Positions 1 through 8,146 of a stretch of DNA of 56,062 nt are shown here, piece after piece. The stretch is from a virus: the IMG/VR virus record IMGVR_UViG_3300032007_000113; one strand, 5' to 3'. A model generated the notes under the pieces. That model was not told the origin of the DNA and did not search any database. It was given only the letters and a program-made list of their open reading frames with translations. Both the position numbers and the translations under genes were made by a program. The first letter of the stretch is position 1; each line of letters opens with the position of its first letter.

Positions 1-30
1 TGGTGAAGAAGGGCGGTCGTGCCGTCCGCC
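1..30. repeat. terminal overlap identical to 56033..56062 (circular closure of the assembly)
   Basis: tggtgaagaagggcggtcgtgccgtccgcc occurs at both ends of the window. Confidence 0.9.
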
Positions 31-104
31 ACTTCATGATAGACGGCAAAGTGTATAAATCGAAGAAGAAATTCCTCGAAGCAATCAAGGACTACAACCC
101 GTAA
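1..104 (+). CDS. 3' part of a small hypothetical CDS that wraps the circular junction (5' part at 55894..56062)
   Basis: Frame opened by ATG 55894 runs through the terminal overlap and stops at TAA 102-104; in-window frame begins at nt 3. Confidence 0.55.
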   Translation, partial: VKKGGRAVRHFMIDGKVYKSKKKFLEAIKDYNP

Positions 105-109
105 AATCT

Positions 110-2140
110 ATGCAAGATTTCGACGAACTTAAACAAACCAAGGCGCAGTGCCTGCGGGACATCACCGAGGCACTGCCCGACTACGTGAACCGACTGAACA
201 GCATCGACACGCGACTGCTGACGTATATCGAGGACGCTATCTCCGGCAATGCCAGCCACGCCAACCTCATGGAGCTGCTCGGCATCCGCAAGGAAATGCG
301 ACTGATGGACTCCTACGACCTCGACCCTCAGCGCGTGAAGCGGTCGCTCCGAGCCATCGAGGGACAGTGGGCGAACGGGCGACATGTGAAGGGTGGTCTG
401 CGGTTCTCCACACCGCGAGGCTCGCAGCACGTCCGGCTGATGCCGTTCCAGGTGTGGCTCATCTTCGAGATTTACGCCTTCAAGGTGGACGTAAGCATGG
501 AGCGCGAATACCACGAGGGCGACATGCTGCTGCCTACCGAATGGGTGAAGGACGGCTGGGTGTGGGACACGCGACGGCTGACGCAGGAGGCGCACTGGTT
601 CGTTACTCGTAAGAGTGGAAAGACGGAACTTGGTGCGGCGGTCGATTTCGTAGAGGCGTGCTTCCTCGGCGACGTGAATGGTCAGGTGCTCATCTGTGCC
701 CCTTCAGCCGAATTGTCGAAAATTTCGTTCAAAGCCGTGCGGAATTTCGCCATGCAAATCGACCCGACATGTACGAACCGCATGGGCGGCAAGTACTTCC
801 GCATGACCAAAAACGAACTGAGCTGGCAACCGGGACAAACGATGAAGGGCGAAATCAAAACGATGGCAGCGGGTAAGGTTCCGAAGGATGGTTATTATGC
901 CAGCGTGGTACATGCCGACGAGCACGGACAGCCAAGCTATGTGAACGGTCATTGCGACATGCAAGCATCGGTTGACACTTGTTGGGGCAGTACAGGCCCA
1001 CGTCGTGAGAAACTGCTGATGCACACCACCACAGCCGGACGTGTCAAAGATGGCCCATACAAGTCGAAGATTGAGAACGACGTGGAACCATCGTTGTTGC
1101 GTGAGATGCAGTACCCCCTGGGACAGCCCCACCGCACGCCCGACGACTACTGGTGCGCATTCCTGCTCCAGCTCGACAAGTGGGAGCTGACCGACGACCT
1201 GACGAAGCTCGACGACCCCGAACTGTTCAAGAAGGTGAACCGCAGCATCGGCACCACCGTGCAGCCCACCTACTACCGCGAGCGACTGCACGAAGCCGCC
1301 ACCGGCACCGAAGACACCAAGCAGGAGGTGCTGACGAAGGACTTTAATATGTGGCAGACGGGCAAGGTGACGAAGTGGATCACGGGCGACCGCATCCGTC
1401 CGCTACAGGTGGCGAAACGCATTGAGGATTGCAAGTACATCGACCAAGGGCGCGAGCGTTGGAAGGTGTTCTGCGGCATGGACTTCTCGCACGGCGACGA
1501 CCTCTACGCCCACGGCTATCTGGCTGTCGATTACATGCCGTCGAACACCATGCGCGGACGCTTCTTCTTCGACTGCGATGCGTGGGTGCTCGAGAAGACC
1601 ATGATGGAAAGCCCGAACCGTCCGCTCTATGAGGAATGGATTGCGGGAGGCTGGCTGAAGGTGTGCCCCGGTGAGGTTTTCGACAGCATCTACAGCGTGA
1701 ACCGTCTGGGCGAACTGACCGAGCAGGGCGTGAACATCGTGATGTTCAACTACGACCCCGCGCAGAGCGTCCAGCCCATCAACCAACTGAAGGCATGGCT
1801 TCAGACCCTCTTCCAGAAGCAGCGCACCGACCTCTCGGCCAAGGACATTGCCGACATGATTCAGCGCATGGTGGTGCCCATCAGTCAGACCGCCATGAGT
1901 CAGAACCCCATCATCGGCCACTTGGAAGAGATGATCCTGCGCCCCGACCCGTGGATAGAGTTCTCGGAGAACCCTCTCATCCCCTGGTGCTTCGGCAACT
2001 GCGCCGTGGAGATGGGCAACAGCGACCTGCGCCGCATCGTGAAGGGCGGTCCCGTGCCGACCCACAAGATAGACATCGTTCACGCCCTGGAAGATGCCCT
2101 ACACGGGTTTGATATTACCGAGGGGAGGGTGAGTGAGTAG
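110..2140 (+). CDS. terL: terminase large subunit (Terminase_1-like)
   Basis: 676-aa ORF; Walker-A-like TRKSGKTELGAAV and overall layout typical of HK97/P27-type TerL. Confidence 0.85.
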   Translation: MQDFDELKQTKAQCLRDITEALPDYVNRLNSIDTRLLTYIEDAISGNASHANLMELLGIRKEMRLMDSYDLDPQRVKRSLRAIEGQWANGRHVKGGLRFSTPRGSQHVRLMPFQVWLIFEIYAFKVDVSMEREYHEGDMLLPTEWVKDGWVWDTRRLTQEAHWFVTRKSGKTELGAAVDFVEACFLGDVNGQVLICAPSAELSKISFKAVRNFAMQIDPTCTNRMGGKYFRMTKNELSWQPGQTMKGEIKTMAAGKVPKDGYYASVVHADEHGQPSYVNGHCDMQASVDTCWGSTGPRREKLLMHTTTAGRVKDGPYKSKIENDVEPSLLREMQYPLGQPHRTPDDYWCAFLLQLDKWELTDDLTKLDDPELFKKVNRSIGTTVQPTYYRERLHEAATGTEDTKQEVLTKDFNMWQTGKVTKWITGDRIRPLQVAKRIEDCKYIDQGRERWKVFCGMDFSHGDDLYAHGYLAVDYMPSNTMRGRFFFDCDAWVLEKTMMESPNRPLYEEWIAGGWLKVCPGEVFDSIYSVNRLGELTEQGVNIVMFNYDPAQSVQPINQLKAWLQTLFQKQRTDLSAKDIADMIQRMVVPISQTAMSQNPIIGHLEEMILRPDPWIEFSENPLIPWCFGNCAVEMGNSDLRRIVKGGPVPTHKIDIVHALEDALHGFDITEGRVSE

Positions 2141-2158
2141 GGCTTGAAATGTTAAAAA

Positions 2159-2198
2159 GTACCAAATAAGACACATTTCTTTGTGTTTTATTTGGTAC
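2159..2198 (+). terminator. 17-bp perfect hairpin downstream of terL
   Basis: gtaccaaataagacaca / tgtgttttatttggtac around loop tttctt; no long T-run, so termination is inferred. Confidence 0.5.
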
Positions 2199-2222
2199 AT
2201 TCAAAGAAAATGATTATCTTTG
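2191..2222 (+). promoter_or_regulatory. Bacteroidota-type promoter (-33 TTTG, -7 TATCTTTG)
   Basis: TTTG at 2191-2194 and TAnnTTTG match at 2215-2222, 24 nt apart 5'-to-5', upstream of the 2289 operon. Confidence 0.5.
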
Positions 2223-2288
2223 CATCGTAAACATTAAACAAATAACAATTAGAACACCGGCGGCAACGGGTAACAGCGGCTAAAGACA

Positions 2289-2642
2289 ATGAAGTACAAC
2301 GATTACAAAATCTCAAAGACATTCCAGACGGCAAGTAGCGGAGTTTATAACGCATTCAAGAATGAGGCCGCTACGGTCAACGGAATCACATTCAGCCACC
2401 ACTTCTATTTTCAGTATTGCAAGGAGAGCCACGATGACGATTATGTCAACGGAAAGGCTTGCATCCCCTTCAAGCCAAGTTACGACGATAACTACTACAT
2501 GGCTGTTGTCAATGGCGGTGTCATCCTGAGCACAGACTTGAAGACGTTCTCATTCCAGGATTCAAGCCTTGGTTACGTCAACTATGCCCACATCGACATC
2601 GAAGACCTGAAGAAGTATCACAACGTAGAGGTGGAGGACTAA
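2289..2642 (+). CDS. hypothetical protein
   Basis: 117-aa ORF, first gene after the promoter; no recognised motif. Confidence 0.55.
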   Translation: MKYNDYKISKTFQTASSGVYNAFKNEAATVNGITFSHHFYFQYCKESHDDDYVNGKACIPFKPSYDDNYYMAVVNGGVILSTDLKTFSFQDSSLGYVNYAHIDIEDLKKYHNVEVED

Positions 2643-2645
2643 CCC

Positions 2646-2966
2646 ATGAGAACTTTATGCTACAGCGTTAGGCTGGAGAGCCTTGTCCGCATCAGTGACA
2701 AGGCTTTCAAGGCCACCGCCTTCGACGGTTCACAAGACATTATACCTGCCAGTCAGGTGTTCGGACGTGACTACGAGGTGATGAAGAGCGATGCCTGGTG
2801 GATCAGCGCGTGGATATTGGGGAAGAAAAACATCCAGTACAGCGGCAAGAAGCAGGCATGGTTCGACGAGAACGGCCACCAGTTGCCGACGTACACCATC
2901 GAGCGGCACACGCCTGAGAAGAAGGAGGCAAAGGAATCAAATGTTATTAACGACTTAAAAAGATAA
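2646..2966 (+). CDS. hypothetical protein with C-terminal IERHTPEK..KESN motif (paralog of 3301..3633)
   Basis: 106-aa ORF; C-terminus TIERHTPEKKEAKESNVINDLKR. Confidence 0.6.
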   Translation: MRTLCYSVRLESLVRISDKAFKATAFDGSQDIIPASQVFGRDYEVMKSDAWWISAWILGKKNIQYSGKKQAWFDENGHQLPTYTIERHTPEKKEAKESNVINDLKR

Positions 2967-2972
2967 GGAACT

Positions 2973-3326
2973 ATGGCACAGAAGAATTGGAAAGAGAAAC
3001 TCAACGACATGGGTATTGAGATAAAGGAAGTACGCCGCACCGACGGCTCAGTGATTGATGGCTGGTACACATTCGAGCACAAGGGACTACCCGTGTTCAC
3101 CTATGCAATGGACAATCAGCGTACCTATCAGGTAGGCGTTCCACCATTCCCGCCATACGCTGACGAATACAAGAGCGATGTGAAAGGACGATTTGCTTGC
3201 ACGAAGTTTGACCACTTCATGGAGCATATCGAGGACTACGTTGTCGGCACACCTGGCAACGAGCGTATAGCCGAAGAATTGAGACAAGCATTGCACCGTG
3301 ATGGAATCAGACCTATTGGAAAATGA
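2973..3326 (+). CDS. hypothetical protein
   Basis: 117-aa ORF preceded by taaggaactATG context. Confidence 0.6.
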   Translation: MAQKNWKEKLNDMGIEIKEVRRTDGSVIDGWYTFEHKGLPVFTYAMDNQRTYQVGVPPFPPYADEYKSDVKGRFACTKFDHFMEHIEDYVVGTPGNERIAEELRQALHRDGIRPIGK

Positions 3327-3633
3327 AATCCTCTGCCCAGCTCAGCGTGTGAAGTACCACCGCATTGAGTACCACGACGGCTACGTCACCATTGAGCAGA
3401 ACAGAACGAGACGGAGGGTGCCGGACGGCTACCATTTCGAGGATGACGGACAGTACATCGCCGTCTCGACGTTCTACTCCCACATCTTCCAGCACAAGGC
3501 GACCATCCGCCACTTCGTGCTGAACAAGGAAACGAAGGAGTGGCGCGACTGGCAGACGGTGATCATAGAGCGGCACACGCCTGAGAAACTTACACCAAAG
3601 GAAAGCAACATCATAGAAGAATTGAAAGTATGA
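3301..3633 (+). CDS. hypothetical protein with C-terminal IERHTPEK..KESN motif
   Basis: ATG 3301 (GTG 3298 also possible); C-terminus IIERHTPEKLTPKESNIIEELKV; stop overlaps the SNF2 start (ATGA). Confidence 0.6.
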   Translation: MESDLLENEILCPAQRVKYHRIEYHDGYVTIEQNRTRRRVPDGYHFEDDGQYIAVSTFYSHIFQHKATIRHFVLNKETKEWRDWQTVIIERHTPEKLTPKESNIIEELKV

Positions 3634-4826
3634 ACACCCTCACACAACAGCAACAGGCAGCCATCGAACACTTGAACGAGTGGCGCGTGGGTGCGCTCTT
3701 CATGGAGCCGGGGACGGGCAAGACGCGGGCAGCTCTCACGCTCGCCAACTCGACACCCGCCACCGACGTGTTCTGGGTGGGACCGCTGCGCACACTCGAC
3801 GCTATCAGGCAGGAGGCTGAGAAGTGGGGAGGGTTCACGATGACGGCACACTACTACGGTGTGGAATCGCTCAGCGGCTCAGACCGCATCTACATGGAAC
3901 TGCTCAACGGCGTGGAGTCGGCACGGGTGCCAATGGTCATCGTTGACGAGAGCCTGAAGGTGAAGAATGCCGAAGCCAAGCGCACACGGCGCATCCTGGA
4001 AGTGGGCAAGCGGGCAGAGTGGAAGCTGGTGCTTAACGGCACACCCGTCTCGCGCAACCTGCTCGACATGTGGCCGCAGATGGAGTTCCTGTCGCCGAAG
4101 ATACTCGGCATGAGCCTGACGGAGTACAAGAACACCTTCACCAAGTGGACGCGAGTCACCAAGCGCATCGGCATGAGGTCGTACACGAAGGAATATGTCA
4201 CGGGAATGGAGAATGTGGACTATCTGCATTCGCTGATTCGTCACTACGTCTATGAGTGCGACCTTCGACTGAACATCACCCAGAAGTGGCACACGGTGAA
4301 CTACTGCATCACCGACGAGAGCCGCCAGCGGTACAACGACATCAAGGAAGACTACCTGAGCGACGAGACGATGGAGTGGAAGAACAACAACATCTTCCTC
4401 GCCATGACCACCGAGATGCAAGTGGCGTACACCATCGACGAAGGCAAGATGGAGGCCGTTGACCGTCTGCTGCAAGACCTGCCGCAAGACGAGACGATCA
4501 TCTTCTGCCGCTTCATCGTGGCGCAAGAGGAATGCCGCAAGCGTTGGCCAATGGTCACGGTGCTGTCGATGCAGAAAGAGTCCCTGGGGCTGAACCTTCA
4601 GCAGTACCGCCACACGATATTCTTCGACCGCGTATGGGACTACGCCCTGCTGTTGCAAGCCTCGCGCAGAACCTACCGAACAGGACAAGAGCAAGATTGC
4701 CACTACTACGAACTGACGGGCAACGTGGGACTGGAGCACATGATGGCCGAGAACATCAAGAAGAAAGTTAGCATGAGCGAATATCTGAAGAAAATCACGA
4801 AGGAGGAACTATATGAACGTCTTTGA
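3630..4826 (+). CDS. SNF2-family helicase-like ATPase
   Basis: Motif I EPGTGKT, motif II VIVDESLKV, LNGTPVSRNLLDMW, C-terminal QASRRTYRTGQ. Confidence 0.8.
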   Translation: MNTLTQQQQAAIEHLNEWRVGALFMEPGTGKTRAALTLANSTPATDVFWVGPLRTLDAIRQEAEKWGGFTMTAHYYGVESLSGSDRIYMELLNGVESARVPMVIVDESLKVKNAEAKRTRRILEVGKRAEWKLVLNGTPVSRNLLDMWPQMEFLSPKILGMSLTEYKNTFTKWTRVTKRIGMRSYTKEYVTGMENVDYLHSLIRHYVYECDLRLNITQKWHTVNYCITDESRQRYNDIKEDYLSDETMEWKNNNIFLAMTTEMQVAYTIDEGKMEAVDRLLQDLPQDETIIFCRFIVAQEECRKRWPMVTVLSMQKESLGLNLQQYRHTIFFDRVWDYALLLQASRRTYRTGQEQDCHYYELTGNVGLEHMMAENIKKKVSMSEYLKKITKEELYERL

Positions 4827-6090
4827 AGCAGCCACACGGCGCATAGCCTACATCTTTGACGAGTTTGAGCACATTATGGTGTCGTTCTCAGGCGGCAAGG
4901 ACTCAGGCGTGGTACTGAATATGACCATCGACGAAGCCCGCAGGCGTGGTCGTCGCATAGGTGTATGGTTCATCGACCTCGAAGCATGGTATAAGAAGAC
5001 CATTGAGTTCATTGAGCGCATGATCCAGGACAACAGCGACGTGGTTGACCCCTACTGGGTATGCCTGCCGATGAAGAGCGACAACAGCCTGTCGTACTTC
5101 GAGCCGTTCTGGACGTGGTGGGAGCCTGGCAAAGAGGACATCTGGGTAAGACCTATGCCGAAGCACCCCTTTGTCATCAACCTAAAGAACCATAAGTTTC
5201 CGTTCTACCACGAGGGCATCACCTTTGAGGCGTTTGTCCCACAGATGGGCAACTGGTACGGACATGGCGAGAAGACCGCCTGCCTGCTGGGAATCCGCAC
5301 ACAAGAGAGTCTGAACCGATACCGGGCAATGGTGATGGAGAAAGCCACCTACCAAGGCCGTCAGTGGTCAACGCTTGTCAAGAACGAGACATACAATTTC
5401 TACCCCATCTACGACTGGACGGTGGAGGACATCTGGACGTACAACGGCAAGTTCGGCAAGGACTACAACCACCTGTACGACCTATTCTATAAGGCTGGCA
5501 TCAGCATCCACAAGATGCGAGTAGATGAACCATTCGGCGACACGTGCAAGGCAGGGCTGAACATGTTCAAGGTCATTGAGCCTGAGACGTGGGCAAGGGT
5601 GTGCAACCGAGTATCAGGTGCCAACATGGGTGCGCTCTACAACCACAACAAGATGATGAACGCCAACTACACCCTGCCGAAAGGCCACACATGGAAGACG
5701 TTCACGGAATTTCTGCTTGACACCCTGCCGCAAGAGACAGCCGACCACTACCGCGTGAAGTTCTACAAGTTCGCAAAGTATTGGCAGGAGGTGGGCTGTG
5801 GACTGCCAGCCGACGAAATCAAGCTGCTGGAGGAGAAATACGGCGACCATATCATCAACACCCACCAGACCAACAACCGAGGCAAGCGCGACAAAGAGGT
5901 CATCCTGTTCCGCGACATCGTGGACGAGATTGCCGAACTTGACACCCGCAGCGAACTGCTTACGTGGAAGCGCATGGCCATGTGTATCATCAAGAACGAC
6001 TACCTTTGCACACGTCTGAACTTCAGCGTCACCAAAGACCTGACAGCACGTCAGCAGCAACTGGTAGATAAATACCGTACACTATTATGA
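4813..6090 (+). CDS. PAPS-reductase-like PP-loop ATPase (IbrA-like)
   Basis: PP-loop VSFSGGKDSGV near the N-terminus, 425 aa, overlaps both neighbours. Confidence 0.75.
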   Translation: MNVFEAATRRIAYIFDEFEHIMVSFSGGKDSGVVLNMTIDEARRRGRRIGVWFIDLEAWYKKTIEFIERMIQDNSDVVDPYWVCLPMKSDNSLSYFEPFWTWWEPGKEDIWVRPMPKHPFVINLKNHKFPFYHEGITFEAFVPQMGNWYGHGEKTACLLGIRTQESLNRYRAMVMEKATYQGRQWSTLVKNETYNFYPIYDWTVEDIWTYNGKFGKDYNHLYDLFYKAGISIHKMRVDEPFGDTCKAGLNMFKVIEPETWARVCNRVSGANMGALYNHNKMMNANYTLPKGHTWKTFTEFLLDTLPQETADHYRVKFYKFAKYWQEVGCGLPADEIKLLEEKYGDHIINTHQTNNRGKRDKEVILFRDIVDEIAELDTRSELLTWKRMAMCIIKNDYLCTRLNFSVTKDLTARQQQLVDKYRTLL

Positions 6091-6611
6091 GCGAGAAATT
6101 CATAAGCCCCGTTTACGGAGTCAGGGCAGTACCCATCGAAAAGATACGTGCCAACTCCTACAACCCCAATGCCGTAGCACCCACCGAAATGAAGCTGCTC
6201 TACGACAGCATCAAGGAGGACGGCTACACCATGCCGACGGTGTGCTACTACATCGAGGAAGAGGACATCTACGAAATCGTTGACGGCTTCCACCGCTACA
6301 TGATTATGAAGACCCACCGCGACATCTACGAGCGCGAGGGCGGCAAGTTGCCAGTGTCAGTTATCGACAAACCCCTGGGCGAGCGCATGGCATCGACCAT
6401 CCGCCACAACCGCGCACGAGGCACCCACAATGTTGACCTCATGAGCGGCATCGTGGGCGAACTGCACGAACTCGGCAAGACCGACCACTGGATAATGAAG
6501 CACCTGGGCATGGATGCCGACGAGGTGTTACGACTGAAACAAATCAGCGGCCTCGCGTCGCTGTTCAAGGACAAGGATTTTTCAAAAGCAAAGGAACTTT
6601 CGGAGCAGTGA
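6087..6611 (+). CDS. ParB N-terminal-domain protein (IbrB-like)
   Basis: IEKIRANSYNPN ... YEIVDGFHRY ParB/Srx motifs; ATGA overlap with upstream gene. Confidence 0.75.
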   Translation: MSEKFISPVYGVRAVPIEKIRANSYNPNAVAPTEMKLLYDSIKEDGYTMPTVCYYIEEEDIYEIVDGFHRYMIMKTHRDIYEREGGKLPVSVIDKPLGERMASTIRHNRARGTHNVDLMSGIVGELHELGKTDHWIMKHLGMDADEVLRLKQISGLASLFKDKDFSKAKELSEQ

Positions 6612-6670
6612 GAGCCATGATGCTTGCATCTTTGGCCGAGTCGTGACGAAAGTCATAACAAGTTATAACT

Positions 6671-6880
6671 ATGATAAAGAACGAGCAAGAGAGGCAGCGC
6701 ATCGGGCAGGACATCGCCCAGCTGCGAAAGGAAAAAGGAATGACCCAGCAAGACCTCGCCGATCGCGTGGAGATGCAGCGGGCACACATTGCCCGCATCG
6801 AGGCAGGCCGTTATTCGGTAGGACTCGACACCCTCACCGCCATCGGCCAAGCCCTCGGCAAACGCCTGGCATTCGTATAA
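6671..6880 (+). CDS. XRE-family helix-turn-helix regulator
   Basis: MTQQDLADRVEMQRAHIARIEAGR classic HTH_3 pattern. Confidence 0.75.
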   Translation: MIKNEQERQRIGQDIAQLRKEKGMTQQDLADRVEMQRAHIARIEAGRYSVGLDTLTAIGQALGKRLAFV

Positions 6881-6902
6881 GACATCACGAACAACTCACT
6901 AA

Positions 6903-6939
6903 GAGAGACATCCCCCGACGGGATGCCTCTCTTTTTTTT
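6903..6939 (+). terminator. rho-independent terminator
   Basis: 12-bp stem gagagacatccc/gggatgcctctc (1 mismatch) followed by T8. Confidence 0.75.
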
Positions 6940-6943
6940 GAAC

Positions 6944-6961
6944 ACGAATTGAAGGAATTAT
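6944..6961 (+). promoter_or_regulatory. ACGAATTNA-type tandem 9-mers (2 copies) abutting the ATG at 6960
   Basis: acgaattga aggaattat. Confidence 0.45.
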
Positions 6962-7250
6962 GGCAAAAATAGAATCACCATTTGTAATACCGCCTCACAA
7001 GTATCAAGAACTTGCACAACCTGACATGTGCTACTATATCGTAGTGGCAAAGGAGGATGAAGCAAAGGTAAAGGAGGCGATGAAGCATTACCCAGAGATT
7101 GAAGTCGCTGGTTATGCTGAATGGTTTATGAACATCGCGGCTGTGCCTGGCGAAGTTTGGTTTGTCGGTGCAAAGAAGACTCCACCCATCCGATGGGAGG
7201 CGCGACGCGACAGCGCAATATCAGCGTATTTAAACAGACCAATATATTAA
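6960..7250 (+). CDS. hypothetical protein
   Basis: 96-aa ORF. Confidence 0.55.
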   Translation: MAKIESPFVIPPHKYQELAQPDMCYYIVVAKEDEAKVKEAMKHYPEIEVAGYAEWFMNIAAVPGEVWFVGAKKTPPIRWEARRDSAISAYLNRPIY

Positions 7251-7258
7251 AAGGAACT

Positions 7259-7483
7259 ATGAAGCAAGTCACGTTCAAAGGCTTAAACCCTGAAGACTTG
7301 CACACATGCCAACACTGCCAGCACTCGTTTCATGACATCGGCATGAATCGGAAGGTGTGCGCCAGGTCAGGACAACCCATCGCACCGATGGACTTCATAT
7401 CGGTGAACGACTGCGAGGAATACAAGTCGCCGTATCTATCGGACTATCGGCGCAGGACGGATTTAGAAAACGAACTTAAATAA
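7259..7483 (+). CDS. small Cys/His-rich hypothetical protein
   Basis: Start chosen at aaaggaactATG (in frame with track ORF 7121..7483); HTCQHCQH..C..C pattern. Confidence 0.55.
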   Translation: MKQVTFKGLNPEDLHTCQHCQHSFHDIGMNRKVCARSGQPIAPMDFISVNDCEEYKSPYLSDYRRRTDLENELK

Positions 7484-7491
7484 AAGGAACT

Positions 7492-8073
7492 ATGATTATT
7501 GTAAAGACAAAGAATGGCGACCGATTCATCAACGACAAGGCGGTCACGATGGTTGCGCACGACCGTGAAAAGGCCGTGGTGAATGCTCATGGTGAAAATG
7601 GTGCGTATTACCACATCGAGGACGTGGAGGGTATTATCTACACCAACGACGCACAGCCTATGCACTGGAAGGATGAGGGCTCGGAAATCCAACGGCTGAA
7701 GAAGGAGCTCGACGAACAAAGGGAGTGGGCCGACAAGATGCGTTACGAACACTTGCAGATGATGCAGGAGCGCGACGAACTGAAAGAACGTGTTGCGCAG
7801 TTGGAACCAAAGGCAGACCCAGACCGATGGTGGCCTGACAATGTTGACATTGCACCCGTTGATCTCATTCTCTTTCACATAGGCAATAGAGAGTACCACA
7901 CAGGCTACGGTGTAAGGCTCGGGAAGATTTTCGAGATGAACAACATCAAGACCGTGGGCGACCTGTTGCGCATTGGTCGTCGTAACTTCAGGAAGTACAG
8001 CTCCGTAGGTGGCGGCAGCATTAGCCGGATAGACGATGCCTTAGAAGATTTGTACAACATCAAAGGATGGTAG
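7492..8073 (+). CDS. hypothetical protein with C-terminal RpoA-alpha-CTD-like helix-hairpin-helix
   Basis: NNIKTVGDLLRIGRRNFRKYSSVGGGSISRIDDALEDL resembles the alpha-CTD HhH pattern; central coiled coil. Confidence 0.55.
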   Translation: MIIVKTKNGDRFINDKAVTMVAHDREKAVVNAHGENGAYYHIEDVEGIIYTNDAQPMHWKDEGSEIQRLKKELDEQREWADKMRYEHLQMMQERDELKERVAQLEPKADPDRWWPDNVDIAPVDLILFHIGNREYHTGYGVRLGKIFEMNNIKTVGDLLRIGRRNFRKYSSVGGGSISRIDDALEDLYNIKGW

Positions 8074-8075
8074 CG

Positions 8076-8117
8076 GAAGATGTAAGATGGCTGATGGCTG
8101 ATGGAAGAGGGCTGATA
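8076..8117 (+). repeat. six tandem heptads NNNGATG
   Basis: gaagatg taagatg gctgatg gctgatg gaagagg gctgata directly after the stop codon. Confidence 0.7.
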
Positions 8118-8142
8118 TGACCGTCGGCTCTCTTTCTTTTTT
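8105..8142 (+). terminator. rho-independent terminator
   Basis: 11-bp stem aagagggctga/tcggctctctt (2 G-U) then T-rich tail. Confidence 0.7.
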
Positions 8143-8146
8143 GAAC

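Noticed and set aside
92-612. Track ORFs 92..595 (-) and 148..612 (+) overlapping terL
   Set aside because: They are alternative-frame or antisense ORFs inside a well-supported terminase gene. Their Arg/Pro/Gly/His-rich composition is typical of off-frame translation of GC-rich coding DNA.
3879-4739. 286-aa minus-strand ORF antisense to the SNF2 gene
   Set aside because: It has no motifs and a biased V/L/R/H composition, and it lies entirely within a gene with clear helicase motifs on the other strand.
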